A stretch of DNA of 64,000 nucleotides from an uncultured Cytophagales bacterium (GTDB lineage: Bacteria > Bacteroidota > Bacteroidia > Cytophagales > Thermoflexibacteraceae): positions 6,796 to 70,795 of the forward strand of contig CALHUI010000008.1 in the NCBI GenBank assembly GCA_938039675.1, given 5' to 3'. Below, piece after piece: positions 49,180 through 59,540 of this stretch (positions are counted from its first letter, which is position 1; each line of letters begins with the position of its first letter). The translations under genes were made by a program, and so were the position numbers. The notes beneath the pieces were generated by a model. It did no database searches. It saw nothing but the letters and a program-made list of their open reading frames with translations, and was not told the DNA's origin.

Positions 49180-49959
49180 TTAGAGTTTAAAGCCCAAACC
49201 AACTTGGAAGCTCAAACCACGAGTACGAATATCTTGATTGCCAAGCCCCAGAGGGAAGCCGGTAGCACCATTAGAAGAACCTATCCAATTAGCAGCCTGA
49301 CCATAGGCATTATTGATATCGGTGAATCCATGACGATAGCGTGCATCTAGCATCAAAGTAGCCCACTTCAAATCAAAATCAACACCGGTACCGATAATCA
49401 TACCAATATCCATAGCTTTGAATTGGTTGGTAGCATCAACACGATACTTAGTAGGAGAACCGAAACGATAACCTTCTACGTTATTAGTAGCGTGTACGTT
49501 GAAGTCAAAAGAAGGACCGATGAATACTTTAGGCTCATACACAGACAGTACGGGGAGCTTGAAGTAAGACAACAGGTTAGCCTGTACGTTGCTCAGGCGA
49601 TAGTCGTTCAGGTTGCCTAAAACTACTGCAGTAGTACCACCGGGAATTGTGTTTACACGACCTGCATCGGGAGTAAAACGACCTGCACCACTCTGAGAGA
49701 AACCTGCCTCAAGAGACATGCCTACCCAGCTGTTTACATTGTACATTGCAAATACCGTTGCTTGAGCACCAGCCAAAGCAGTAGTAGATTTTGTTGTACC
49801 AGAAACTGAGAAATCGTTTACATTAACGCCAGTACGTACCCCCAAAATAAAGCTGCTTTGCTTCTCAGGTGTAGAAGCGTCTTGTGCATTAGCGCCAAAA
49901 GTGAAGGCACCAACGGCAAGGGCTGCCAACAGAGTAACTTTTTTCAAACCGTTTTTCAT
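49180..49959 (-). CDS. Outer-membrane beta-barrel (porin-like) protein
   Basis: 259 aa with a signal peptide ending ANAQD, alternating beta-strand pattern, and a C-terminal LSFQVGLGFKL with a terminal aromatic or hydrophobic residue. Confidence 0.7.
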   Translation of the reverse strand: MKNGLKKVTLLAALAVGAFTFGANAQDASTPEKQSSFILGVRTGVNVNDFSVSGTTKSTTALAGAQATVFAMYNVNSWVGMSLEAGFSQSGAGRFTPDAGRVNTIPGGTTAVVLGNLNDYRLSNVQANLLSYFKLPVLSVYEPKVFIGPSFDFNVHATNNVEGYRFGSPTKYRVDATNQFKAMDIGMIIGTGVDFDLKWATLMLDARYRHGFTDINNAYGQAANWIGSSNGATGFPLGLGNQDIRTRGLSFQVGLGFKL

Positions 49960-50149
49960 GGATTGTAAGTGTTTTTCTTAAGTTTATTAATTGTAATTTT
50001 ACACAAAACTAAGCATAGTAACGGTAATTTGAAAGTTTTGCGTCAGCTTTTGCTTAATTTTCTGTTATTGAGTTGTCGGCAAATCTATAAAATAATTTTT
50101 AATCCCAAAGATTTCGCCCCTAAAAACGTGAAAACTTTTAATTTGCACT

Positions 50150-52195
50150 ATGCAATTTCAACTCAAATCTGAGTATGAGCCTACCGGCGACCAGCCCAAA
50201 GCCATTCAACAATTAGTTACCGGCATAGAATCCGGCGAGCGGGCACAAATTCTGTTAGGAGTTACGGGCTCAGGTAAAACGTTTACCATTGCCAATGTAA
50301 TTGCCCAAACCAATCGCCCTACACTTGTGCTGAGCCACAATAAAACGCTTGCTGCACAGTTATACGGGGAGTTAAAGCAATTTTTTCCCAACAATGCGGT
50401 AGAATATTTCATCTCCTATTACGACTATTATCAGCCGGAAGCCTATATTCCGGCCTCTAATACTTACATAGAAAAAGACCTGTCTATTAACGAAGAGATA
50501 GAAAAACTGCGTCTTAGTGCTACCTCTGCCTTAATGTCCGGCCGAAATGATGTGATTGTTGTGGCTTCGGTTTCTTGTATTTACGGTATAGGCAATCCTT
50601 ATGAGTTTGGTAAACATCTGATTCAACTTACCAGAGGGCAGGTTGTTTCGCGCAATCGCCTGTTGTTTCAACTGGTAGATATCCTTTACAATCGCACAGA
50701 GGTGCAGTTTAAGCGCGGCACGTTTCGTGTCAAAGGCGATACGGTAGACATATTCCCCGCATATGCAGACTTTGCTTACCGAATTTTATTCTGGGGCGAT
50801 GAGATAGAAAACATTCAGCGGATTGACCCCGAAAGCGGCAGCAAAATTTCTGACGAGTTCAAAATCACAATTTTTCCTGCCAATCTGTTTGTTACGGGTA
50901 AAGATCTTTTGCAAACAGCTATCAAAGAAATACAAGATGATTTAGTGGCTCAAATCAAATTTTTTGAGTCGGAGCATAAGTACATAGAAGCCAAACGCAT
51001 TCAGGAAAGAACCGAGTTCGATTTGGAAATGATGCGTGAACTCGGCTACTGCTCCGGCATTGAAAACTATTCGCGCTATTTTGACCGCCGCCCGTCAGGA
51101 ACTCGCCCTTTCTGTTTGTTAGATTATTTTCCCGATGACTATCTGATAGTAATAGATGAAAGCCACGTTACCGTACCGCAAATTCGGGCGATGTGGGGAG
51201 GCGACCGCTCGCGCAAAATTACTTTGGTGGATTATGGTTTCAGGTTGCCCTCTGCTTTGGACAATCGCCCGCTTACTTTCAACGAATTTGAAGAAAAAAT
51301 TAATCAGGTCATTTATGTAAGCGCTACCCCGGGCGACTATGAGCTGGCAGTCTGCGGAGGTGTAGTGGTTGAGCAAATTATTCGCCCTACCGGATTATTA
51401 GACCCTGAAATCAGTGTGCGTCCTTCGCAAAATCAGATAGACAACTTGTTGGAAGAAGTTGATGAACACATCAAACGCGGCGGAAGAGTACTGGTAACAA
51501 CGCTTACCAAACGAATGGCAGAAGAACTCACTAAATACCTGAGCCGAATGGGAATTAAAACCCGCTATATTCACTCGGAAGTGAAAGCACTTGACCGCGT
51601 AGAAATTCTGCGGGAGCTGCGGCTGGGTGTTTTTGATGTACTGATAGGTGTCAATCTTTTGCGCGAAGGGCTTGATTTGCCCGAAGTATCGTTGGTTGCC
51701 ATTATGGATGCAGACAAGGAAGGTTTCCTACGCAACCAGCGCTCACTCATTCAGACAATTGGCAGGGCTGCACGCAATGCCGAGGGGAAAGTAATCATGT
51801 ATGCTGATACTATTACGGACTCCATGCAACAGGCAATTGACGAAACCAATCGCAGGCGAAGCATTCAGCAGGCATACAATGAAGCACACGGCATTACGCC
51901 TAAGACTGTCAGCAAATCTAAGGAGGCAATTATTAAGCAAACCAAGGTAGCCGACTCCAAAAAGCAGGGCAAAGAAGGGAAGCACTTTTACGTCGAGCCG
52001 GACGAAAGCAGCTTCAACATTGCAGCAGAGCCTGTTGTAGCTATGATGGATGCCAAAGGATTGGAAAAACTGATTGCACAAACACAAAAAAATATGGAGC
52101 GTGCAGCCAGAGAATTGGATTTTATAGAAGCTGCCCGCCTGCGCGATGAACTCACAGCTTTAAAAAAGCGAAAAGAAGAGTTGGAAGCCTCATAA
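50150..52195 (+). CDS. uvrB: Excinuclease ABC subunit B
   Basis: 681 aa with [27 protein letters not shown], helicase C motifs and a C-terminal UVR domain ([14 protein letters not shown]). Confidence 0.97.
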   Translation: MQFQLKSEYEPTGDQPKAIQQLVTGIESGERAQILLGVTGSGKTFTIANVIAQTNRPTLVLSHNKTLAAQLYGELKQFFPNNAVEYFISYYDYYQPEAYIPASNTYIEKDLSINEEIEKLRLSATSALMSGRNDVIVVASVSCIYGIGNPYEFGKHLIQLTRGQVVSRNRLLFQLVDILYNRTEVQFKRGTFRVKGDTVDIFPAYADFAYRILFWGDEIENIQRIDPESGSKISDEFKITIFPANLFVTGKDLLQTAIKEIQDDLVAQIKFFESEHKYIEAKRIQERTEFDLEMMRELGYCSGIENYSRYFDRRPSGTRPFCLLDYFPDDYLIVIDESHVTVPQIRAMWGGDRSRKITLVDYGFRLPSALDNRPLTFNEFEEKINQVIYVSATPGDYELAVCGGVVVEQIIRPTGLLDPEISVRPSQNQIDNLLEEVDEHIKRGGRVLVTTLTKRMAEELTKYLSRMGIKTRYIHSEVKALDRVEILRELRLGVFDVLIGVNLLREGLDLPEVSLVAIMDADKEGFLRNQRSLIQTIGRAARNAEGKVIMYADTITDSMQQAIDETNRRRSIQQAYNEAHGITPKTVSKSKEAIIKQTKVADSKKQGKEGKHFYVEPDESSFNIAAEPVVAMMDAKGLEKLIAQTQKNMERAARELDFIEAARLRDELTALKKRKEELEAS

Positions 52196-52225
52196 GCCAA
52201 TCACAAATTCAGAGGTATATACATA

Positions 52226-52261
52226 CAATCTTGACAGGTCGTTCAAGACCTGTCAAGATTG
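52226..52261. repeat. Perfect 15-bp inverted repeat with 6-nt loop downstream of uvrB
   Basis: caatcttgacaggtc-gttcaa-gacctgtcaagattg lies 31 nt after the uvrB stop. No clean U-tract follows. Confidence 0.6.
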
Positions 52262-52327
52262 AACCATTTGATTTTTAATGCTTTCCATAAATTTTCCATC
52301 GCAAACCAATTGCGACTCTACATACGT

Positions 52328-52365
52328 AAAAAAAGCGAGATTTCCGAAGAAACCTCGCTTTTTTA
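52328..52365. terminator. Bidirectional rho-independent terminator
   Basis: The stem aagcgag/ctcgctt is flanked by A7 and T6 runs, 18 nt from the stop of the minus-strand OmpA-family gene. Confidence 0.7.
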
Positions 52366-52382
52366 TTACAGCATCACAAGTA

Positions 52383-54314
52383 TTAGTTGCAACGCTGGCC
52401 GTCAGAACCTTTTTGTACTACTTTGAATTCTACACGGCGGTTTAGAGCCATGTTAGCTTGATCAGGCTTACCATTTACTTCGTTAGGAACTATTGGTGAA
52501 CTTTCGCCAAAACCTTTAGCCTCAATGCGGTTAGCAGCAATGCCTTTGCTGATGAGGTATTGTCTTGCAGCAGCTACACGACGCTCAGACAGACCTTGAT
52601 TATATTTATCATTACCGCGGTAATCTGTATGTCCTTCAATACTGATGCTGATTTGAGGATAGTCTTGCAAGAACTTCACAACTTTGTCTAATTCCTGAAT
52701 AGACTTAGGCAACAATGAAGCTGACAGTTCTATGGGAGTAGTGTTGCGAGGACGTGCAGTAGCGAAGTTGATATTGTCAAACGCAATTTTAGTCAAATCA
52801 TACAGCATGATTTCGCGATTGATAGTGTCACCCGCCTGCTTGTTAGTCAAATCCAGTGAAATAGTGGCAGGTACATATTGGTCGGCTGTACCTTCGGCGC
52901 AGTAAGTTGTGCCGGGGACTAACAAAGCCTCGTACTTACCGGGACCGATTTTCTTTTGATCTTTGACAGAACCCTTAGAAACGTCATTTGGCTTGATACC
53001 AACAACACCGTTTTCAATAGCTTCGCGCGTCAGACCATCAATAACAGCAACCGTGGCTTTAACACCTAATTTCTTCATGCGGAAGTCAGCACAGCAGCAT
53101 GAGTTAATACCGTTAATGTAATTTAAGTCTTGTGAGATAGGCTCATAGCCATCTACCTCAACTGTAAGTTTATACTTGTTGCCCTCTGTAAGAACGGTTT
53201 TAACTTTGCCTTCTTTTGTTTGCATTACATAGCTCAAAGAAGAACGGGTCTCATTATCTACTTTAATTAATGCATCTAAAGGCTGACCTGTTGCAGCATC
53301 AACTACAGAAGCTTTGAATTCGCAAATACGCTTAGGTTTCAAACCCTCAGGTAAAGGAATAGTAAATAACTCATGTGAAGCACCTACATATGCATTAAAA
53401 TAAGCCAGTACATGTGGTTCATCGTGAGGAGCTACAGAAACCAGCAGGTCAGACTGATAAGAATACAGGTTATTCTTCACGAAAGGAGCAATATCAGCAG
53501 GTACAGGCTCGCCCCAAGTATTACCCGGCTTCATGTGTGCATAGTACAAATCAAAATCTTTAGATTTCTTAGGGCTACCACCGCGGCGGGTAGTAGAGAA
53601 GAAAATAGACTCATTGTCAGGCATAATGCGGATATGCTTCTCGCAGCCGGCATTTACAGGAGCGGGAAGTTCTTCTGCTGCTGACCAAGAGCCGTCCAGA
53701 TTCAACTTAGAAACCATGAGCTTGAAGCACTGGGTGTTGCCTTCTGTGTTGCCTTTGCGAACAAAATACAGACGTTGACCGTCGGAAGAGATTGAAGGGA
53801 AACCTTCATAGTCGCCTGTATTTACGGCACCTGCAACAGGCGATGGAGCACCCCATTCGCCGTTGGCACCGCGCTGAGATACATAAATGTCTTCATTGCC
53901 ACCGCCCATTTTAGCGAAGAAGTACATGGTATTACCGTCGTAAGAAAGCGAAGGGCCACCAATGAAGTCGCCGTCAGCAGCTTTGCTGTTGATGGCTTCA
54001 ATAGGCTTGGGCTCTTGCCAGAAACCAGTTACGGTATCGCGCTTAGCTTCCCATAGGCGGTAATATTCCCATGTTTTGCCGCCACGGTTAGACTGATACA
54101 CCAGCGTGCGTCCGTCTGCGCTGATGGCAGGGGAGTATTCATCGTGGAGGAGGGTGTTAATAATGTTCGGCATTCGCTCACGAGCAGGTTGCACGTCTGC
54201 CTTGTAGATTCTGTCTGTAATGCGGTTGGTGATTTGGCGTTGGGCATACGCATGAGTGCCCACGAACAAACCAAGCGCAATCGCAAAACCTACATAGTTC
54301 ACTTTTTGTTTCAT
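52383..54314 (-). CDS. OmpA-family protein with PD40 (TolB-like) repeats
   Basis: 643 aa with a signal peptide and PD40 motifs (PAISADGRTLVYQSNRGG, PSLSYDGNTMYFF, PSISSDGQRLYFV). The C-terminal OmpA domain is canonical (IEGHTDYRGNDKYNQGLSERRVAAARQYL...NRRVEFKV). Confidence 0.85.
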   Translation of the reverse strand: MKQKVNYVGFAIALGLFVGTHAYAQRQITNRITDRIYKADVQPARERMPNIINTLLHDEYSPAISADGRTLVYQSNRGGKTWEYYRLWEAKRDTVTGFWQEPKPIEAINSKAADGDFIGGPSLSYDGNTMYFFAKMGGGNEDIYVSQRGANGEWGAPSPVAGAVNTGDYEGFPSISSDGQRLYFVRKGNTEGNTQCFKLMVSKLNLDGSWSAAEELPAPVNAGCEKHIRIMPDNESIFFSTTRRGGSPKKSKDFDLYYAHMKPGNTWGEPVPADIAPFVKNNLYSYQSDLLVSVAPHDEPHVLAYFNAYVGASHELFTIPLPEGLKPKRICEFKASVVDAATGQPLDALIKVDNETRSSLSYVMQTKEGKVKTVLTEGNKYKLTVEVDGYEPISQDLNYINGINSCCCADFRMKKLGVKATVAVIDGLTREAIENGVVGIKPNDVSKGSVKDQKKIGPGKYEALLVPGTTYCAEGTADQYVPATISLDLTNKQAGDTINREIMLYDLTKIAFDNINFATARPRNTTPIELSASLLPKSIQELDKVVKFLQDYPQISISIEGHTDYRGNDKYNQGLSERRVAAARQYLISKGIAANRIEAKGFGESSPIVPNEVNGKPDQANMALNRRVEFKVVQKGSDGQRCN

Positions 54315-54580
54315 AGGTTTAAGTAAGATTAGGTTAATTCATTAGGATGTTTGAGCATGGACGCAAAATAAATCAGTTTTCTGTTCTGTTCTGAATTTTT
54401 TGACGTACAATTTTAAGAAATACGACTGTCAATTCCAAAAAAAGCCTGACAATAGCAAATTTAGCTTATTTGACGCAATTCGGCAGAAAATAGTTTTTTA
54501 GACAGAATATTGCCTTTCAGTGCTCGAAAAGCTATTTTTAGGCATTTGACAAACCTTATTTAAACGATTCACAATAAAAT

Positions 54581-56341
54581 ATGGAATTGAAACGCGCTTT
54601 TGATTTTCTCTATTATCAGCAGCAAAAATATCCCAAAACCGATGCGCTGGCAGGCAAGGAAAATGGCCAATGGGTAAAATACAGTACGCGGGAAGTTATT
54701 GATATTGCTAATCGCATTAGTATCGGCCTGTTGAAACTGGGCATCAAAAAGGATGATAAAGTTGCTATTATTTCACCCAACAGACCGGAATGGAATCTGG
54801 CTGACTTTGGTATTCAGCAGATTGGTGCCGTCAGTGTACCCATGTATCCTACTATCACGGTTGAGGACTATCGATACATCTTTAACGATGCGGGAGTGAA
54901 GGTGGTGTTTGTATCCGACAAATCGCTGTATGACAAGGTTAAACAGGCCACAGAGGGAATGGATATTTATGCCATTTACACTTTTGATAAACTCCCGGGC
55001 ATTGCACACTGGATAGAGTTGGAGACTATGGGCAAAAATGAAGACGTTAGTCAGTTGGATAGCCACAAAGCTGCCATTAAAGAAACAGATTTGCTAACAC
55101 TTATTTATACATCAGGAACAACTGGCCGCCCAAAAGGTGTAATGCTTACCCATAAAAATGTGGTTAGCAATACCCTTGCTGTAAGCAAAACATTTACGCA
55201 TGTACCTGACGGCACGTCTAAAGCATTGAGTTTTTTGCCGCTTTGCCACATTTATGAGCGCACAGGCTCATATGTGTACATATATAAGGGCACTTCCATT
55301 TACTATGCAGAAAATATGGACACTATTGCGGCCAATTTGCAGGAGGTACAACCCGATACATTCAATACCGTACCGCGCTTGCTGGAAAAAGTATATGACA
55401 AAATCGTGTCTAAGGGCTTGGAACTGACCGGAACAAAGCGCAAGTTGTTCTTCTGGGCACTGGATTTAGGCTTGAAATACGACCCTGCCAAAGACATGGG
55501 CTTTGTTTACAACATGCAGTTGAGCATTGCACGCAAGCTGATTTTCAGCAAGTGGCAGGCAGCACTGGGCGGTAACATTAAGTCCATACAGTCGGGGGCA
55601 GCGGCACTGCAACCGCGCTTGGCACGTGTTTTTTGGGCAGCAGGTATCCCTATCTGCGAAGGCTACGGGCTGACCGAAACTTCTCCCGTTATTTCATCTA
55701 CGCCTGCCATTGCTTCCGAAGTCCGCATCGGCTGCGTGGGTAAAATGATTGACGGTGTACAGGTTAAAATTGCTGAAGACGGCGAAATCCTCTGCAAAGG
55801 CGATAACGTAATGTTAGGCTACTACAATCAGCCCGAAATGACAGCCGAAGTAATCAAAGACGGCTGGTTTCATACAGGCGATGTAGGCGAAATTGTGGAG
55901 GGTAAGTACCTGAAAATCACTGACCGCAAGAAAGAAATGTTTAAAACTTCGGGCGGTAAGTACATTGCTCCGCAGGTAATGGAAAACAAGTTTAAAGAAT
56001 CGTTGCTGATTGAACAAATTATTGTCGTGGGCGAAGGTCGCAATTTCCCTTCAGCACTGATTGTGCCTTCTTTTGAAAACCTGCGTAGCTGGTGTCAGGC
56101 CATGGAAATCAGCTACTCTACCGATGCCGAAATGGTTAAAAATCCGCAGGTGATTGCCAAGTTTGAAGAAGAGGTAGAAAACTACAATGCTAACTTCGGA
56201 CAATGGGAAAAGGTGAAGAAGTTTCAACTCTTGCCCCAGCCGTGGGGTATTGAAACAGGTGAGCTGACTCCAACACTGAAACTGAAACGCAAGATTATTC
56301 ATCAGAAATATGCCAATTACATTGAGAAGATGTACACTTAA
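54581..56341 (+). CDS. fadD: Long-chain fatty acid--CoA ligase (AMP-forming)
   Basis: 586 aa with the AMP-binding motif IYTSGTTGRPKGV, GYGLTETSP, FHTGDVG and ITDRKKEMFKTSGGKYI. Confidence 0.85.
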   Translation: MELKRAFDFLYYQQQKYPKTDALAGKENGQWVKYSTREVIDIANRISIGLLKLGIKKDDKVAIISPNRPEWNLADFGIQQIGAVSVPMYPTITVEDYRYIFNDAGVKVVFVSDKSLYDKVKQATEGMDIYAIYTFDKLPGIAHWIELETMGKNEDVSQLDSHKAAIKETDLLTLIYTSGTTGRPKGVMLTHKNVVSNTLAVSKTFTHVPDGTSKALSFLPLCHIYERTGSYVYIYKGTSIYYAENMDTIAANLQEVQPDTFNTVPRLLEKVYDKIVSKGLELTGTKRKLFFWALDLGLKYDPAKDMGFVYNMQLSIARKLIFSKWQAALGGNIKSIQSGAAALQPRLARVFWAAGIPICEGYGLTETSPVISSTPAIASEVRIGCVGKMIDGVQVKIAEDGEILCKGDNVMLGYYNQPEMTAEVIKDGWFHTGDVGEIVEGKYLKITDRKKEMFKTSGGKYIAPQVMENKFKESLLIEQIIVVGEGRNFPSALIVPSFENLRSWCQAMEISYSTDAEMVKNPQVIAKFEEEVENYNANFGQWEKVKKFQLLPQPWGIETGELTPTLKLKRKIIHQKYANYIEKMYT

Positions 56342-56349
56342 ACTCCAAT

Positions 56350-56381
56350 TGCCGCCTACTAATTACAGGCGACATTTTTTT
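56350..56381 (+). terminator. Rho-independent terminator after fadD
   Basis: The stem tgccgcct/aggcgaca (7 of 8 paired) is followed by T7, 9 nt after the stop. Confidence 0.6.
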
Positions 56382-56382
56382 A

Positions 56383-57249
56383 CTACTTTGCCTCAAAGTA
56401 GATAATGTCGCAGGTTTTCACGTCGGAGCTGAGTACAATCTTTTTTTCCTTTTTACCATCCGAAACAATAATAGCCGTTGTGCAAGGCGGCTGTTTGCCT
56501 ATATTGTTTGCATAGCAAATCAGAAAGTTGTTTAGCCGCTCAGGCGACAGTTGCAATTGAATGATACGGGCTTCGTTGCGGAGTTTGTAATTTTTCAGAA
56601 TCCACTGGTTGTTGTAGAGCAGCGAAACAACGTCGCCGTCTTCCTTGCCTTCATCAAAAATTTTCAGAGTCAGGTTATCGTTTGCTACAAGCAACTTGTG
56701 GCCGGATTTGACCTTGCGGTATTCTATGCTGACTATTCTGCCGTTTTGAACAGTGGTGAGCGTATCTATCTCTGCCGTATTATTTGCGGGGCGGCGCAGT
56801 TCTATTTTGCCGGGTGTACATCGGTTACCGCTTTTGGGTTCTATGCCCTCCCAGCGACCGCTAAAATATCCCTTACCGTTGCCCTCATTGACCCAATACA
56901 AACGTGCGCGTTTCAGACAATAAAAACTGTTGGTAATCAGTTCATTGACATATTCCAGTTCGCGGAATTCTTCAAAAAATACCGTGTCGCCTTGGATAGA
57001 TGCCTCTAACTCTAAGCGCAATACATAGCGTTTACCGCCTTTTTGTTTAATAAATGAAAAAGAAGAGCCCGACCAGTTCCCCTTTTGATTGGCATCCAGT
57101 TTCAGTTCAAAATGGTAGGTGGCTGCAATGCCGCCGTCCTCTTGTGTCAAAAAACCCACCCATTTGCCGGACAAATTGTGGGGCATTTGTGCCTGTACCT
57201 TTGAGAGTATTGCCAGCATTAGGCAACACCATGCAATTGTCGTTTTCAT
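56383..57249 (-). CDS. Secreted hypothetical protein
   Basis: 288-aa ORF with a signal peptide (LMLAILSKVQAQ). I recognise no family. Confidence 0.5.
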   Translation of the reverse strand: MKTTIAWCCLMLAILSKVQAQMPHNLSGKWVGFLTQEDGGIAATYHFELKLDANQKGNWSGSSFSFIKQKGGKRYVLRLELEASIQGDTVFFEEFRELEYVNELITNSFYCLKRARLYWVNEGNGKGYFSGRWEGIEPKSGNRCTPGKIELRRPANNTAEIDTLTTVQNGRIVSIEYRKVKSGHKLLVANDNLTLKIFDEGKEDGDVVSLLYNNQWILKNYKLRNEARIIQLQLSPERLNNFLICYANNIGKQPPCTTAIIVSDGKKEKKIVLSSDVKTCDIIYFEAK

Positions 57250-57259
57250 AATTTGGTTG

Positions 57260-57919
57260 TTAGTTTTTTTCTGCCAACAGCAGATTGTTTGTGTGCTCTA
57301 CATGACGTAAGATACGGGTTTTTAAGTTGTTTTGCTGTAAATACGCTTCCATGGCAATAAGTTCTGCTATGGGGAAAGTAGTTTGCATTGTATTAAACAA
57401 TAACTTGCCACCATCTGCCAAAAGCCGGGTCAGCTGCTGCAAAAAGTCAGGCTGCGTACATGCCTTAGGAACTGTATCGCCAATAAAAATATCTGCTATT
57501 ATCCAGTCAAACAATTGCGATTCTGTGCGGGCTGCGTAGGCTGTTGCGTCATCGCAAATAATAGTTAGTGGTGCGAAGCGCTCAATATGAAACTCTTCGC
57601 GGGCAATTTGGATGACGACAGGGTCTATTTCCACACACGTAATCAGGCCTTGATAGTCAAAATGGAGGCGTAGCGTTTCAATTAACGAGCCGCCGCCTAA
57701 ACCCAGTAAGAGCAAGTTACTGGCTGTTGGCTGAAAATTTGCCTCTTGCAGGCCGCGTTGCAAAATTTGCTGCAACGAGCCGTAGGAATAATTGCTGTTG
57801 GCCGTGTCTAATACTCGCTTTCCTTGCTGCCAATTGATTTCCAAACGGCCGCTGAAGGGCGATTCATAGGTTTTTTCCCGCCAAGGCAGCAAATAGCTTA
57901 CCCACTTCTTGAATGACAT
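57260..57919 (-). CDS. Spermidine-synthase-like SAM-dependent methyltransferase
   Basis: 219 aa with LLLGLGGGSLIETL (motif I) and VEIDPVV...DIFIGD, a pattern typical of spermine/spermidine synthase-like proteins. Confidence 0.55.
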   Translation of the reverse strand: MSFKKWVSYLLPWREKTYESPFSGRLEINWQQGKRVLDTANSNYSYGSLQQILQRGLQEANFQPTASNLLLLGLGGGSLIETLRLHFDYQGLITCVEIDPVVIQIAREEFHIERFAPLTIICDDATAYAARTESQLFDWIIADIFIGDTVPKACTQPDFLQQLTRLLADGGKLLFNTMQTTFPIAELIAMEAYLQQNNLKTRILRHVEHTNNLLLAEKN

Positions 57920-57924
57920 ATGTA

Positions 57925-59478
57925 TCAGAATGGCACATCATCGGGTGGAGGCAGGTCGTTAGCTTTGCTGCTGAGCGTGCCGCCGACAGGGCTGCTGCCG
58001 AAGTCTTGCGGGCGGTATTGTCCCATTGCCGAGCCGTAAGTGCTGCTGCCGTAAGTGCCAAAGTCGGCGCTGTCTAAGTCAGCGAACTTGGTGTAGCGCC
58101 CCAGAAACTTCAGCCAGACACTTTCCAGCGAACCATTACGGTTTTTGGCAATAATGACTTCGCCTACATCTTTGGTAGGTCTGCCTTCGGCATCTTCCGT
58201 AATGCCGTAGTACTCGGGGCGATAGAGGAAGATTACCATATCGGCATCCTGTTCAATGGCGCCCGATTCGCGAAGGTCGGAGAGTTGCGGGCGTTTATCG
58301 CCGCCGCGGGTTTCTACGGCACGGCTCAACTGCGAAAGGGCAATCAAGGGTACGTTCAACTCTTTGGCAAGCTGTTTTAATGCCCGCGAAATAGAGGCAA
58401 TTTCCTGCTCGCGGTTGCCGCCTGAGTTTTTGCTGCTGTCGCCGCTCATCAGTTGCAAGTAGTCAATAATGATAAGTTGAATATCGTGTTGCGATTTGAG
58501 GCGGCGGGCTTTGGCGCGCAGTTCTATCATCGTAAGTGCGGGGGTGTCGTCTATGAAGATAGGAGCAGCACTCAATCGCGCCGTTTTATGCACAATCTGT
58601 TCCCATTCATAATCAGCCAATTTGCCCGTTTTCAACTTTTGGCTTTCCAACTCTGCCTCTGCCGAAATCAGACGGTTTACCAACTGCACTGAGGACATTT
58701 CCAGCGAAAAAATGGCGGCAGGTTTGCCGAAATCTACCGCTGCGTTGCGCAAGGCAGAGAGTACAAAGGCAGTTTTTCCCATGCCCGGCCTTGCAGCCAG
58801 AATAATCAAATCGGATTTTTGCCAGCCCGAAGTGATGCGGTCTAAGGCAGAAAAGCCGCTCGGAACACCCGTCAGCCCGTCTTTGTGTGCTTTCTTGGCT
58901 TCCAATTCGCGCAGGGCGCTGCCCATGATGCTGCGCATATCCTGATAGTTGCGGCGGATGTTGGTTTCGGCAAGCTCGAAAATGGCATTTTCGGTTTTAT
59001 CTATTAGCTCAAACACGTCGGTAGTATCCTCAAATGCATCCTGCAACATTTTTCCCGCGATGCTAATCATTTCGCGCTTCATGTATTGCTCGGCAATGAT
59101 GCGAGCGTGATAAACGATATTGGCTGCTGAATTGACTTTGGTAGTCAGTAGGGTAATATAGGCTGCACCACCTGCCAGTTCCAGTTCGCCTTCGCTGCGG
59201 AGTTGATTGACTACGGTTAGTAAGTCTACCGGCTCAGACTTGTTGAACAATGCCAAAATAGCCCGATAAATAGCCTGATGAGCCTCTTTATAGAACGCGG
59301 CAGGTTGCAAAATCTCAATCACTTCGGTTAGGGCGTTGCGTTCCAGCATGAGCGCACCCAGTACCGCTTCTTCTAACTCAATTGCCTGCGGCGGCACTTT
59401 GCCCATGCCAACCATCGCTAAATCAGCCTGTTGGGTTGTGCGCCGCGTTTTCCTTCCGGTAGATTTGTCGTCCTTCAT
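57925..59478 (-). CDS. dnaB: Replicative DNA helicase
   Basis: 517 aa with PPQAIELEEAVLGALML, Walker A ARPGMGKTAF, Walker B IIDYLQLM, and SQLSR and RESGAIEQDAD. There is no intein. Confidence 0.95.
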   Translation of the reverse strand: MKDDKSTGRKTRRTTQQADLAMVGMGKVPPQAIELEEAVLGALMLERNALTEVIEILQPAAFYKEAHQAIYRAILALFNKSEPVDLLTVVNQLRSEGELELAGGAAYITLLTTKVNSAANIVYHARIIAEQYMKREMISIAGKMLQDAFEDTTDVFELIDKTENAIFELAETNIRRNYQDMRSIMGSALRELEAKKAHKDGLTGVPSGFSALDRITSGWQKSDLIILAARPGMGKTAFVLSALRNAAVDFGKPAAIFSLEMSSVQLVNRLISAEAELESQKLKTGKLADYEWEQIVHKTARLSAAPIFIDDTPALTMIELRAKARRLKSQHDIQLIIIDYLQLMSGDSSKNSGGNREQEIASISRALKQLAKELNVPLIALSQLSRAVETRGGDKRPQLSDLRESGAIEQDADMVIFLYRPEYYGITEDAEGRPTKDVGEVIIAKNRNGSLESVWLKFLGRYTKFADLDSADFGTYGSSTYGSAMGQYRPQDFGSSPVGGTLSSKANDLPPPDDVPF

Positions 59479-59540
59479 GGTGTAAAATTACATGAATATA
59501 TGCACTAAAACGCTATTTTTGAAGCCTTGAACATTTTTGC

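Noticed and set aside
54379-54393. A short tandem repeat, (ttctg)x3, in the intergenic region upstream of the OmpA-family gene and fadD.
   Set aside because: It has only three units of 5 nt, which is within chance expectation for an AT-rich intergenic region. There is no array structure.
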